A stretch of DNA of 64,000 nt, from assembly GCA_965208125.1 (NCBI GenBank), contig OZ242320.1, positions 2,816,001 to 2,880,000 of the forward strand, given 5' to 3'. Below the pieces are notes generated by a model that saw nothing but the letters and a program-made list of their open reading frames with translations, searched no databases and was not told the origin of the DNA. Both the position numbers and the translations under genes were made by a program. Below, in pieces: positions 46,421 through 56,412 of the stretch; position 1 is the stretch's first letter, and each line of letters starts with the position of its first letter. Origin of the DNA: Candidatus Latescibacterota bacterium (lineage in GTDB: Bacteria; Latescibacterota; UBA2968).

Positions 46421-47518
46421 ATGTCTTACAAAGCAGCGGTTATTGGGCTGGGGCGTATGGGCAGTACATTTGATGACGAAATCACGCAGGGCGGGTCCAT
46501 TTTCTTGCCCTATTGTCACGGTCCCACCTATTGCGCGCATCCGCAAACCGATCTTGTTGCCGGGGCTGATCCCCACGATGAGCAACGCGCTCTGTTTGGC
46601 GAGCGATGGGGGCTTGGTAGCGATCAGTTGTATGCCAATCATCGCGATTTGCTGGAAAAGGCAAAACCCGATATCGTCAGTGTGACTACTACAGCGCGTT
46701 ATCGTCCGCAGATTGTAATTGACGCTGTTGATGCTGGTGTCAAAGCCTTGTGGGTGGAAAAACCTATTGCCTTTAGCCTTGAAGAAGCCGATGCTATGGT
46801 CAATGCTTGTAGGGAAAATGGCGTTTCCATCGCCGTGTATTGCTCGCGTCGTTACAATCCCTATTTCAGTGAAGCCCGCCGCATGATTGAAGCTGGGGAT
46901 CTCGGTGATATTCTCCAGATTACAGCTTATGCCCAGTGCGGTTTGTCACACAATGGCAGTCACGCGATTGATACTATTCGCTATCTCGCAGGTGGCGATG
47001 TTTCCTGGGTTTTTGGAGAGATGGCGTCGGATGAGGAAGCCGCATCTGATGACGATCTGATGGGCAATGGGTATCTCGCTTTTGACAATGGCGTTCGGGC
47101 GTATCTCCGCGGGACATCGACAGGTGTTGCTTCGTGGGAATTTGATATTATTGGGACAAAGGGCAGGGTTCGCACGTTATCGGATGCGCTTGAGTTTGAG
47201 CTTTTTCAAAGAGTTTCAGGCGGCCTGGGGGACCGGGGTGTCCCCGCGCGGTCTCCTTTCCCGCAGCCAGCGCGTCCCGTGGGTCAGGGTATTACCACTG
47301 TGGATGATTTGATTGATGCTATGGAGAACAACCGCCCGCCGCGTTGCTCTGGAGCCGATGGCCGCGATGCTCTTGAGGTTGCGATTGCACTGCGGGAATC
47401 CCATCGCCGTGGCGGTGCCCGCATTGACCTGCCCATTGAAGACAGGTCGCTCAAAATTTTTTCCAGTGAGACACAAGCAGACCACACACCTGCGCGCGTG
47501 CGCCGGTTGAATCAGTGA
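46421..47518 (+). CDS. Gfo/Idh/MocA family oxidoreductase
   Basis: IGLGRMG, VEKPIA, SHAID. Confidence 0.9.
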   Translation: MSYKAAVIGLGRMGSTFDDEITQGGSIFLPYCHGPTYCAHPQTDLVAGADPHDEQRALFGERWGLGSDQLYANHRDLLEKAKPDIVSVTTTARYRPQIVIDAVDAGVKALWVEKPIAFSLEEADAMVNACRENGVSIAVYCSRRYNPYFSEARRMIEAGDLGDILQITAYAQCGLSHNGSHAIDTIRYLAGGDVSWVFGEMASDEEAASDDDLMGNGYLAFDNGVRAYLRGTSTGVASWEFDIIGTKGRVRTLSDALEFELFQRVSGGLGDRGVPARSPFPQPARPVGQGITTVDDLIDAMENNRPPRCSGADGRDALEVAIALRESHRRGGARIDLPIEDRSLKIFSSETQADHTPARVRRLNQ

Positions 47519-47522
47519 AAGA

Positions 47523-47587
47523 AGCGATCAGCTTTCAGCAGTCAGCAGAACAAGCTGTTAGCTGACCGCTGACCGCTAAAAGCTAAC
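47523..47587. repeat. Heptamer-repeat imperfect palindrome
   Basis: (GA/TT/AG)TCAGC x3 facing GCTGACC-GCTGACC-GCTAAAA. Confidence 0.65.
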
Positions 47588-47604
47588 TACCAAAGGAGAT
47601 TTTT

Positions 47605-48060
47605 ATGGCAGATCCAGTTGTTGGCATTATTATGGGCAGTTCTTCGGATGAACCCACGATGCAAAAGGGCTGTGCCATTCTCGACGAACTCCAGATTCCC
47701 TACGATATGATCGTATGTTCCGCCCATCGCAATCCCGAACGCACCGCTGAATACGCCAGTACGGCAAAGGCGCGTGGTCTCAAGGTGATTATTGCGGGTG
47801 CTGGGTTGGCCGCAGCACTGCCCGGTGTGATTGCCGCGCATACTACTTTGCCGGTTGTTGGCGTTCCATGCGCTTCGGGTGCGCTCAACGGCGTTGATGC
47901 GTTATACGCTATTGTTCAGATGCCACCGGGTGTTCCCGTTGCGACTGTGGGTATTGACAATGCGCGCAATGCCGCTGTGCTGGCAGCGCAAATTCTCGCG
48001 CTTTCAGATGAGGGCATACAAGAGCGCTTGCAAGCCTATAAAGACGCTCTGGGTGGATAA
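47605..48060 (+). CDS. purE: N5-CAIR mutase
   Basis: IIMGSSSD, SAHR, AGAG.AA.LPG, VQMPPGVPVATV. Confidence 0.97.
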   Translation: MADPVVGIIMGSSSDEPTMQKGCAILDELQIPYDMIVCSAHRNPERTAEYASTAKARGLKVIIAGAGLAAALPGVIAAHTTLPVVGVPCASGALNGVDALYAIVQMPPGVPVATVGIDNARNAAVLAAQILALSDEGIQERLQAYKDALGG

Positions 48061-48087
48061 TACTATTGCGATTTAACGGAGGTCTTT

Positions 48088-48600
48088 TTGGAACGTCATA
48101 TATTTGTTTTTGTTGCTCTTCTTTTTGTAAGTTGCGACGCACCCAAAACAGATCGCGCGTCGAATACCGATCAGTATCTCATTCCCGCGACGGCAGAGGA
48201 GATTCTCAAAAATGTTAAAGAGGCCGATGCCAGGGTCGTTCTGGTCAATGTCTGGGCAACGTGGTGCCCCCCATGCGTTGAAGAGTTTCCCGATTTGATG
48301 GCTGTTTATCATCAGTACAAAGACCAGGGCTTAAAGCTCGTCTTTATTTCTGCTGATTCCGAAGGTCAGGCCGATGGCGCAATTGCCTTTCTCAAAGCGC
48401 AGGGTGTTGATTTTCCGAGCTATATCAAGTTGAGGAGCGATGGGGCGTTTATCAATACATTAGATCCCGACTGGTGGGGCGCAATACCCGCTACGTGGCT
48501 ATACGACAGCGCGGGCAATAAACGCCATTTTTGGCTCGGGAAGACCTCACGCGAACAATTTGAGCAGAAGATACGCGATGTATTGATGACGGGCGGTTAA
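48088..48600 (+). CDS. TlpA-family thiol-disulfide oxidoreductase lipoprotein
   Basis: FVSC lipobox, NVWATWCPPC, GAIP. Confidence 0.9.
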   Translation: MERHIFVFVALLFVSCDAPKTDRASNTDQYLIPATAEEILKNVKEADARVVLVNVWATWCPPCVEEFPDLMAVYHQYKDQGLKLVFISADSEGQADGAIAFLKAQGVDFPSYIKLRSDGAFINTLDPDWWGAIPATWLYDSAGNKRHFWLGKTSREQFEQKIRDVLMTGG

Positions 48601-48675
48601 GGGACACTTTGGGGCGTGTCTATCCAACATTCAGACAATAGGTACTCTCATATCACCAAATATCAGGAGGATTCT

Positions 48676-49287
48676 ATGCGTAAATTATTAGCCATTGCAC
48701 TTGTTGCAGCGATGGGTTTCAATGCCGAAGCAGCCAAGAACGAAACCCTCGCATTGGGCGCGAAAGCACCGGCAACTGATCTGGAGATGAAGGGCACCGA
48801 TGGTAAGATGTACACTCTGGAGAGCGTGCAGGGAGAGAAGGGTACTCTGGTTATTTTTTCGTGCAACTCCTGCCCGTGGGCGGTCAAATGGGAAAGCCGC
48901 GTAGCCAGCATTGGCAATGCGTATCGCGGCAAGGGGTTTGGTGTGGTTGTGATTAATCCCAATGATCCCAGGCGCGCTGCAGAGGATAGTTTTGACGAGA
49001 TGGTCATTCGTGCCAAAACCCTGTCTTACGAATTTCCCTATGTGGTTGATCCCGTATCCCAGGTCGCCCGCGCATTTGGCGCCAGCCGTACGCCAGAAAT
49101 TTTTCTTTTTAACGCCAAAGGCAAGCTGGCGTATCACGGCGCGATTGACGATAATGCTTCGGATGCCAATGCCGTGGAAGCAGCTTATCTCAAAGACGCG
49201 CTGGATGCATTGTTGGCCGGAAAAGACATATCAATATCCGAGACCAAAGCCCTCGGGTGTAGCATCAAGTTCAACGAAGACTCATAG
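48676..49287 (+). CDS. Exported thioredoxin-like (AhpC/TSA-redoxin) protein
   Basis: Signal peptide, CNSCP, FGASRTPE, YHGAIDD, GCSIK. Confidence 0.9.
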   Translation: MRKLLAIALVAAMGFNAEAAKNETLALGAKAPATDLEMKGTDGKMYTLESVQGEKGTLVIFSCNSCPWAVKWESRVASIGNAYRGKGFGVVVINPNDPRRAAEDSFDEMVIRAKTLSYEFPYVVDPVSQVARAFGASRTPEIFLFNAKGKLAYHGAIDDNASDANAVEAAYLKDALDALLAGKDISISETKALGCSIKFNEDS

Positions 49288-49310
49288 GACTGGTTGTATC
49301 AAAGTGCGGC

Positions 49311-49337
49311 AAAGCCTCTTCGTATGGAAGGGGCTTT
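49311..49337. terminator. Probable terminator hairpin
   Basis: AAAGCCTCTTC-GTATG-GAAGGGGCTTT stem with one G-U pair. Confidence 0.6.
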
Positions 49338-49378
49338 GGTGTTCATGATTGAAATACCCGTTGAAAGGAGTTCTTATT

Positions 49379-50584
49379 ATGGCCATGTCGATCACCCCAT
49401 CTCTTAGTGAGCAACAGATTGCGAATTACCACGAGGATGGTTATTTGATTATTCGCAATGTTTTATCTACGACTGAAGCGAATGACCTTCGTCGAGTTGT
49501 GCAAGAAAAGGTTAAACGTGGTGCGTATCCACCAAAGCTTTCGTATCCCGAGCCAGCGAAATACACGGTGAGTGGCAACAGACTATCAGAACCAGGGCTT
49601 ACTTCGATTTCCGAGCATCCGACGGTTATTGGTGCGGTAGAGTCCGTGTTGGGGCAACCCGCGCATTTGACGGCTTTTGTCGCGTATCTGAGGACGCCGG
49701 GCGATAAGGGGGGTGGTGCCCACTGCGATTACAAACGGTGGCGTCCCGTGGGTTCGTCGATGAACTGGGTGTTTGCCATTATCCCGCTGACGGATTTCGA
49801 TCCGGTATATGGTCCCTTTCTGGTGTCGCCGAAATCGCACAAACTGACGCGGGTAATTGACGAGGATGCACATATATTAGATGTCAATCGGCCCGATAGG
49901 AGCCAGTTGCCGGATTTTATCGATCCAGAGCTTAAAGCGGGGGATTTGCTGGTTGTTAATGAGCACGTCTGGCATGAAGCACCTGCGGGTACGAGTACAG
50001 AAGACCGTTGTGGTATTTTCAATAAGTATTGTGCGGTAAATGCGCCTCCTGCCGCGGGATATTATCCTTACAATCCCGCCGCCCTTGAGGCTTTGAGCGA
50101 TGATGGAAAACGGCTTATTCCCGTGTGTTTTGACAAGCCGATTGAGACGACCCGTCTGCTTATCGAGTATCCGAATAGTGGAGAACCAGAGTTCTTGTTA
50201 CGGCGCGATGATGAGACGAATCGCTGGGAGTTGCCGGGTGGCGAGGGATGGGAAGAGGAGGATCTGGTCGGTTGGGATGTCGGCGCGCGTGTCGGCTCTT
50301 TGCAAGAACTTACCAGGACGCAACTCGAGCTGGAGGTGCCGTGGATGTCCTATATCGAAGATGTGGAAGAGGAAGATGGCGTTTGCCGAGTTTATGGTTT
50401 TTCGGATGAGAATATAGACGCCGATGCGCTGGCAAACGGAGACTGCGACTGGTTCACCAAGGCACAGATACAACACCTCGGCGAGGGTGACGCGATTAGT
50501 CGCACTGTTGATCTATGGCAGCGAGCAGATATTATCCGCGGCAAGGGCAAGGCCTGTAATCAAAGCAAAAAACAGTTTGAATGA
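49379..50584 (+). CDS. Phytanoyl-CoA dioxygenase family protein with C-terminal Nudix-like domain
   Basis: HCD, SPKSH, AGDLL...WH; C-terminal FLLRR...WELPGG. Confidence 0.8.
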   Translation: MAMSITPSLSEQQIANYHEDGYLIIRNVLSTTEANDLRRVVQEKVKRGAYPPKLSYPEPAKYTVSGNRLSEPGLTSISEHPTVIGAVESVLGQPAHLTAFVAYLRTPGDKGGGAHCDYKRWRPVGSSMNWVFAIIPLTDFDPVYGPFLVSPKSHKLTRVIDEDAHILDVNRPDRSQLPDFIDPELKAGDLLVVNEHVWHEAPAGTSTEDRCGIFNKYCAVNAPPAAGYYPYNPAALEALSDDGKRLIPVCFDKPIETTRLLIEYPNSGEPEFLLRRDDETNRWELPGGEGWEEEDLVGWDVGARVGSLQELTRTQLELEVPWMSYIEDVEEEDGVCRVYGFSDENIDADALANGDCDWFTKAQIQHLGEGDAISRTVDLWQRADIIRGKGKACNQSKKQFE

Positions 50585-50601
50585 AAAAGTGAATCGTTCA
50601 A

Positions 50602-51858
50602 TTATTCTTTTTTAAACACGACGACTCGGTTGGTGTTTGTCCCTTTTGTTGTATTATCGACGCCCCAGACATTTGCGGTTTTGGTGAATTTTTGGTCGTT
50701 GATTAAGACGAGCAATGGCGTGAGTCCCACTTCGATGCCGCACGGGATAACCGCTTCTTCGAGTTTTATTTTGCCATGTCTGACTTCGCCGACTTCAAAG
50801 GCGATATGTCCGCCGGGTTTCAAGACGCGCTCTAATTCCAAAAAGACCTTTGTCATTTCGCGTTGCCATTGCTCGATTTTTCTCGCCATGGTGATGGGCA
50901 CAGTTGCGGGGTCTATCCCGCAAAACCAGCATCGCAACCAGTTGTCCTGCGCGTAGTTGACGACATCGAGAAACGGCGGTGAGGTTACGACGAGGGAGAC
51001 GGAGTTGGACGCGATTTCGGGAGTGCTATCTGAGGGCTGTGTGAGGAACTTTGCCTGGGGAAAGATGCCTGTCAGGGTATGCCGAGTTTGTTCGTCGCAG
51101 TGTTTCAAAAGGGCACGCGTTTTTTTCAGGATGAGATTTTTGATATCGCGTACTGGTGGTGCTTGATTTCTTTTTTGATTGATTTTTTTTTGAGAGTCAA
51201 CGGAGACGGCCTGATTAGGAGGCAGAGTATAAACCGAGAAAAAGCCCGATGAGTGACCTGTCAATCGGTTCAGTGCGACGAGGCTGATCCATTGGTCCAC
51301 CCAATCGAGGCTGCCAGTTTTTTCTGTCAGATATTTTTTGAGCGAGCAAATCTGTTTCAGGGTTTCCGGGTGATAGAAGGCCAGTAATTTTTTTGGATAT
51401 TTGACATCTTTGAGTTCTATACGCGATAGTCTGTCGGCGACTTGATCAACAGTGGGGAGATTCAGGCGGGGGAGCGTCATAATAGAACTCAACGGATTAA
51501 TATCGCATCCTATGGGAACGCGCCCCAAAAGAGCGGATTCTATGAGTGTAGTACCCCGCCCGGCAAAGGGGTCATAGACCGCGTCGCCCGGTAAGGTCAA
51601 TCGTTCGATAAAGAATCTGGGGAGTTGGGGCTTGAAGCACGCTCGATACGATATTTCGTGGAGTGCGTTGGCCGCTCTTTGTTTTGCGGTCCAAAATTCG
51701 TTTACGTAAGTTTCAATGTGAACCCGATCACAATCAGTCGCGGCCTCCGTAGAAGTCACAATTGTATTTTTGCCAAATGCGTTGAAGTCCTCCAGTTCTC
51801 GTTTGAGCCAGTCAGATTCAGGGGATTCTATCGATAGTGTCAGTTGTTTCGCAGTCAT
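50602..51858 (-). CDS. Orphan amino-DNA methyltransferase (likely N4-C)
   Basis: DPFAGRGTT SAM motif, VTSPPF catalytic motif, RVLKPGG. Confidence 0.85.
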   Translation of the reverse strand: MTAKQLTLSIESPESDWLKRELEDFNAFGKNTIVTSTEAATDCDRVHIETYVNEFWTAKQRAANALHEISYRACFKPQLPRFFIERLTLPGDAVYDPFAGRGTTLIESALLGRVPIGCDINPLSSIMTLPRLNLPTVDQVADRLSRIELKDVKYPKKLLAFYHPETLKQICSLKKYLTEKTGSLDWVDQWISLVALNRLTGHSSGFFSVYTLPPNQAVSVDSQKKINQKRNQAPPVRDIKNLILKKTRALLKHCDEQTRHTLTGIFPQAKFLTQPSDSTPEIASNSVSLVVTSPPFLDVVNYAQDNWLRCWFCGIDPATVPITMARKIEQWQREMTKVFLELERVLKPGGHIAFEVGEVRHGKIKLEEAVIPCGIEVGLTPLLVLINDQKFTKTANVWGVDNTTKGTNTNRVVVFKKE

Positions 51859-51963
51859 ATATGGATTCTTTATAGAAAAATTCATTGCAAATATCTATAG
51901 ACATAAAACTGCCTGATGTCAAGGATGGGAGGAAATATACCATTCAGTGAATGGAAATGGATC

Positions 51964-53925
51964 ATGGATATTTTTGTTAAAAAAGAAATATGCCGAGATC
52001 TCGGTCAGGCGATGGGGCGGGAGTGGCTTGAGACCAATGGTCTGGGTGGATTTGCGTGTTCGACTATTATCGGGATGAACACGCGGCGGTACCACGGTTT
52101 GCTTATTCCCGCACAAAGTGCGTCGCATGGTCGGTTTGTCGCGCTGTCCAAATTCGAAGAGACGCTTATTGCGCCCGATAGGGGGACTTTTGAACTGGGC
52201 AGTAATTGTTACGCTGGCGATATCCACCCGCACGGTTATACCCATCTCGAACACGTCCGCCTGGATCCCTTTCCCATCTTTACGTATTGCATCGACGATT
52301 TGTGTTTTGAAAAGCAAATTTTTATGGTTTATGGTCAGAATACCACTGTGATTACTTACGGTCCCTTTGATCGCCCGGTTACACTTGTGCTGCGGCCGCT
52401 CGCGGCTTTCCGAGATTACCATCACCTGACGCGCCAGAATCATTTGCTCAATGGCGATGTCGATATTTGCGATGGTTTGATGAGTTTTCAGCCTTATTCG
52501 GAATACCCGCCTTTGCATATCGCGCACAACGGAGAATTTCAATCGCGTGGCGATTGGTATTACAATTTTGAATATGCCGTTGAAGCCTATCGCGGTCTGG
52601 ACAATCGGGAAGACCTGTATTGTCCCGGAGAATTTACCTTTGATCTCGCAGCACGTGAATCCGCGCATTTACTCGTCAGTCTTGAACGCGGCACATGCGA
52701 TCAGGTAAATGCGCTTCGGCAGGCTGAGATAGATCGCAGAAATAAAATTGGCCAATCAGTTCCCAAATGCACGGGTCTCAGTTTGAGTGCAGATGCTTTT
52801 CTCGTCAAACGTAGCGACGCTCGCGCTACTATTATCGCCGGTTATCCCTGGTTTACGGATTGGGGGCGCGATACGATGATCGCGTTGCCTGGTCTGGCGC
52901 TGGTGACCGGGCGATTTGACGAAGCCCGCGATATTCTCGCTGCTTATGCGCGTTTTTGCGATGAGGGAATGATTCCAAACCGTTTTCCCGATTGGGGTGA
53001 TATACCCGAGTACAATAGCGTGGATGCAACCCTGTGGTATGTCTATGCGGTGGATCGGTTTTTGGCGTACACAAATGATTATAATTTTGTAAGGGAAACC
53101 CTCTGGTCTGTGCTTCAGGAGATCATCTACTATTTTGTTCGGGGAACGCGCTATAATATTCATCTGGATTGCGATGGGTTGCTCTATGCCGGGGAATTCG
53201 GTGTGCAACTGACATGGATGGATGCTAAGGTAGGAGATTGGGTCGTTACCCCGCGACAGGGTAAACCCGTTGAGGTCAATGCGCTGTGGTACAATGCGCT
53301 GTGTGTGATGCGCGACCTGGCTGATAGATATGACGAACCCGGGCTCAGTACCGAATACGCCGGGCTGGCTGAAAAAATAGCTGCGCGCTTTGCCGATGCA
53401 TTTTGGAACTCCGATGCTGGATGTCTGTACGATTGCCTGACTGATACGGTGCCCGATGCGGCGATTCGTCCCAATCAGATTTTCGCACTCAGTCTGCCGT
53501 ATCGCATGCTCGATGCCGGGCGTGAACGCAGTATTCTCGATGTGGTCGAACGCGAGTTGCTCACGCCTTACGGTTTGCGAAGTCTGTCGCCGTCCGACGC
53601 AGCATACAGGGGTACTTATGGCGGCGACCCGTATAATCGAGATGGCGCGTATCACCAGGGAACGGTTTGGGCATGGCTTATGGGGCCGTTTATCACTTCA
53701 TGGGTTCGCATTTACGGCAAAGAGGCAGATGTTCGTACTTCTGCAAGACGCATGTTGCGCCCTTTGTTGTGCCATGTTGAAGAATCGGGCCTGGGACATA
53801 TTTCTGAAATTTTCGATGGGGACCCGCCCCATGCATCTCGCGGTTGCTTTGCCCAGGCGTGGAGCACAGCCGAGGTCTTGCGCGCTTTTGTCGAAGATGT
53901 GCTGGACAAGGGATCTGAAAAATGA
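51964..53925 (+). CDS. Glycogen debranching enzyme (amylo-alpha-1,6-glucosidase, archaeal type)
   Basis: EWLETNGLGG, TRRYHGLL, IIAGYPWFTDWGRD, TWMDA, RPNQ, YHQGTVW, QAWS. Confidence 0.92.
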   Translation: MDIFVKKEICRDLGQAMGREWLETNGLGGFACSTIIGMNTRRYHGLLIPAQSASHGRFVALSKFEETLIAPDRGTFELGSNCYAGDIHPHGYTHLEHVRLDPFPIFTYCIDDLCFEKQIFMVYGQNTTVITYGPFDRPVTLVLRPLAAFRDYHHLTRQNHLLNGDVDICDGLMSFQPYSEYPPLHIAHNGEFQSRGDWYYNFEYAVEAYRGLDNREDLYCPGEFTFDLAARESAHLLVSLERGTCDQVNALRQAEIDRRNKIGQSVPKCTGLSLSADAFLVKRSDARATIIAGYPWFTDWGRDTMIALPGLALVTGRFDEARDILAAYARFCDEGMIPNRFPDWGDIPEYNSVDATLWYVYAVDRFLAYTNDYNFVRETLWSVLQEIIYYFVRGTRYNIHLDCDGLLYAGEFGVQLTWMDAKVGDWVVTPRQGKPVEVNALWYNALCVMRDLADRYDEPGLSTEYAGLAEKIAARFADAFWNSDAGCLYDCLTDTVPDAAIRPNQIFALSLPYRMLDAGRERSILDVVERELLTPYGLRSLSPSDAAYRGTYGGDPYNRDGAYHQGTVWAWLMGPFITSWVRIYGKEADVRTSARRMLRPLLCHVEESGLGHISEIFDGDPPHASRGCFAQAWSTAEVLRAFVEDVLDKGSEK

Positions 53926-53939
53926 AATAGAGAGGAAAT

Positions 53940-55544
53940 ATGAGCGAAATAGATCAAAACGGTCGTGAGCCGGTTGTGACAAAATGGGGACGTATTGAGA
54001 TCGATTTTGAGAGTGATAAAGATTATGCAAATCCCATTCAAGAAGCGGCATTGCAGGTGGTGTTTACATCGCCTTTTGGATCGATTTACAATGTGATGGG
54101 ATTTTGGGATGGCGGGCGGCAATGGCGCGTGCGTTTTTGTCCAGACGAAGAGGGCGAGTGGTCGTATGCGACGTTTTTTTCAGATGCGGAAAACGCGGGA
54201 TTGCACAATCGCGAGGGGCGTTTTACGTGCGGGCCATCGCAGACGATCAGTGACTTTGATGTACACGGCCCCATCGCGCTGTCTGCAAACAGGCGGCATT
54301 TTATCTATGCCGATGAGAAGCCGTTTTTCTTTTTGGCGGATACGGCGTGGAATGGGTGTTTGCGGTCAACGCGAGATGAATGGCGCTATTATCTCAGCGA
54401 GCGCGTGCGGCAGGGGTTTAATACTGTTCAATGGGTGGCTACGCAGTGGCGGGCGGCTCCAGATGGCGATGTCGAGGGCAATCTGGCGTTTTCTGGTGTG
54501 GAAAAGATCGCAATAAATCCGGCTTTTTTTCAGCGGTTGGATGACTGGGTGGAGATGACTTTTCAGGCGGGTCTGGTCAATGCGCCCGTGATGTTGTGGG
54601 CACTGGGAGGGCGCAGTCATCCGGAAAAGAGTCCGGGCGTGTCGTTGTCAGAGGACCAGATGATCCTGCTGGCTGAGTATATGGTTGCGCGATGGGCGTG
54701 TTATCCCGTGGTGTGGATTCTGGGTGGGGATGGCAATTACAATGGCGAGAATGCCGAGCGATGGCAGCGCGTTGGTCGCGCGGTTTTCGGGAAAGGTCCC
54801 CACGCGCCTGTGGCGATGCACAGTTCGGGGCGGCGATTTCCGACTGATGAATTTCGGTCTGAAAATTGGCTCGATGTGGTGGGTTATCAAAGTGGTCACG
54901 GCGACAGCGACGAGACTTTGCAGTGGATTGTGACGGGACCCCCTTCCGAAGATTGGAAAATGACGCCGCGTCAATTTTATATTAACATGGAGCCTTCTTA
55001 TGAAAATCACGTGGCCTATCATTCAAAGCGGCCACACGATGCAGCGTCGGTGAGGAGGGCAATGTACTGGAGTCTGCTCAATGCACCAACCGCTGGCGTG
55101 ACTTATGGGGGACACGGCGTGTGGGGGTGGGACGATGGCAGCGGTCCTCCCGTTGATCATCCCAATTCGGGAACGCCATTGCCCTGGCATGATGCGTTGC
55201 TGATGGATGGGGCAGAGCAAGTGCGCCATCTCGTCGATGCATTCGATTCTATCGGGTGGTGGACGCTGCGTCCGTCTCCAGAATTGCTGGGCATCCAGCC
55301 CGGCGAGCGAGATGTACACAAACACATTTTGATTTCTAAATCTGTGGCAAACGATCTCGTGGTTGCCTATACGCCACAGGGCGAGGCGGTGGAGGTGAAA
55401 GTGGCGGGTTTGGCACCACATCTGCGGGGTATCTGGTACAATCCGCGCGATGGCGATGTGGAAGCAGCAGAAGTGCGCGAGGTCAATGGTAGGCGCATTT
55501 ATGAAGCACCGGGAGATGGCGATTGGCTTCTGGTTTTGGCATGA
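53940..55544 (+). CDS. DUF5060/DUF4038 (apiosidase-like) glycoside hydrolase
   Basis: FWDGG..WRVRF.P...GEW.Y, FFLADTAW, QSGH, EPSYE, YGGHGVW, WYNPRDG. Confidence 0.8.
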   Translation: MSEIDQNGREPVVTKWGRIEIDFESDKDYANPIQEAALQVVFTSPFGSIYNVMGFWDGGRQWRVRFCPDEEGEWSYATFFSDAENAGLHNREGRFTCGPSQTISDFDVHGPIALSANRRHFIYADEKPFFFLADTAWNGCLRSTRDEWRYYLSERVRQGFNTVQWVATQWRAAPDGDVEGNLAFSGVEKIAINPAFFQRLDDWVEMTFQAGLVNAPVMLWALGGRSHPEKSPGVSLSEDQMILLAEYMVARWACYPVVWILGGDGNYNGENAERWQRVGRAVFGKGPHAPVAMHSSGRRFPTDEFRSENWLDVVGYQSGHGDSDETLQWIVTGPPSEDWKMTPRQFYINMEPSYENHVAYHSKRPHDAASVRRAMYWSLLNAPTAGVTYGGHGVWGWDDGSGPPVDHPNSGTPLPWHDALLMDGAEQVRHLVDAFDSIGWWTLRPSPELLGIQPGERDVHKHILISKSVANDLVVAYTPQGEAVEVKVAGLAPHLRGIWYNPRDGDVEAAEVREVNGRRIYEAPGDGDWLLVLA

Positions 55545-55553
55545 GGAGATGAT

Positions 55554-56393
55554 ATGGATCAAACTTTTGAACAAAATTGCACATTGTCTTATAAGGTTCT
55601 CGGTCCCAATACCCGCGGATCAGATCACCATTATGACATAGATGTTTGTGCATCGGCAGAGGAGTTGCGGCAATTTGACCGAGAGGGATATCTGGTGCGC
55701 GAGGGGTTGTTCGCGGGTGAGGACTTGAAAACATTGCAAGATGCGCTGGATCGGTTGGAGGATCGGGAATCAGGTGCGTTTCGAGACAGCGGAAAGCGAT
55801 CCTGGGGGCGTATTCCGCGGCATTTGATGGATAAAGATCCGGTGTTTTTGGATTTGTTGAAATTTCCGCCTGTGTTGTCTATTGCACGGGCGATGATGGG
55901 ACCGCTGGTCAGGCTTCGGGGATTGAGCGCGCGGATCAGTTATCCGGCTGAAACGCCTCATCAGACCCCATGGCACCAGCATTTGCGCGTGGTTTCCAAT
56001 CCTTTGCCGCCGTGGTTTTCCAGACCACATGGGATAGATGCTCTGATTTATCTGGATGATTTGAATGAGGATACGGGACCCGTAGGAATTGTGCCGGGGT
56101 CGCACAATTGGTTGGATAGAGCACCGCCTTCCGATACTTATGAGCCGGTTGAAGGTGAGCTTGTGGTTCGCGTGAAGGCCGGGGGCGGTGTGTTGATTCA
56201 CAGCAATCTCTGGCATCGGGGATTGCCGACGTTGAGGACAAAGCGCAGGATGTTGATTTTGAGTTATACGCCGACCTGGTTGCGCCGATCACCACACGGT
56301 GGGCCGCCTCCCGGTGACGGGTTGACGCAGGCGATTTTAGAAGGTGATGACGAGGAGGCGCGTATTTTGTTGGGCAAAGGTGGATATACTTGA
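55554..56393 (+). CDS. Phytanoyl-CoA dioxygenase family protein
   Basis: [22 protein letters not shown]. Confidence 0.85.
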   Translation: MDQTFEQNCTLSYKVLGPNTRGSDHHYDIDVCASAEELRQFDREGYLVREGLFAGEDLKTLQDALDRLEDRESGAFRDSGKRSWGRIPRHLMDKDPVFLDLLKFPPVLSIARAMMGPLVRLRGLSARISYPAETPHQTPWHQHLRVVSNPLPPWFSRPHGIDALIYLDDLNEDTGPVGIVPGSHNWLDRAPPSDTYEPVEGELVVRVKAGGGVLIHSNLWHRGLPTLRTKRRMLILSYTPTWLRRSPHGGPPPGDGLTQAILEGDDEEARILLGKGGYT

Positions 56394-56412
56394 GTTTCCA
56401 AAGGAGCGATAT

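Noticed and set aside
47523-47587. CRISPR array or tRNA
   Set aside because: Units are 7 bp with no spacers; no cloverleaf or T-loop consensus.
52756-53655. 299-aa minus-strand ORF and similar long shadows (8123-8908, 51919-52668, 57640-58482)
   Set aside because: They lie opposite better-supported genes; expected from codon bias.
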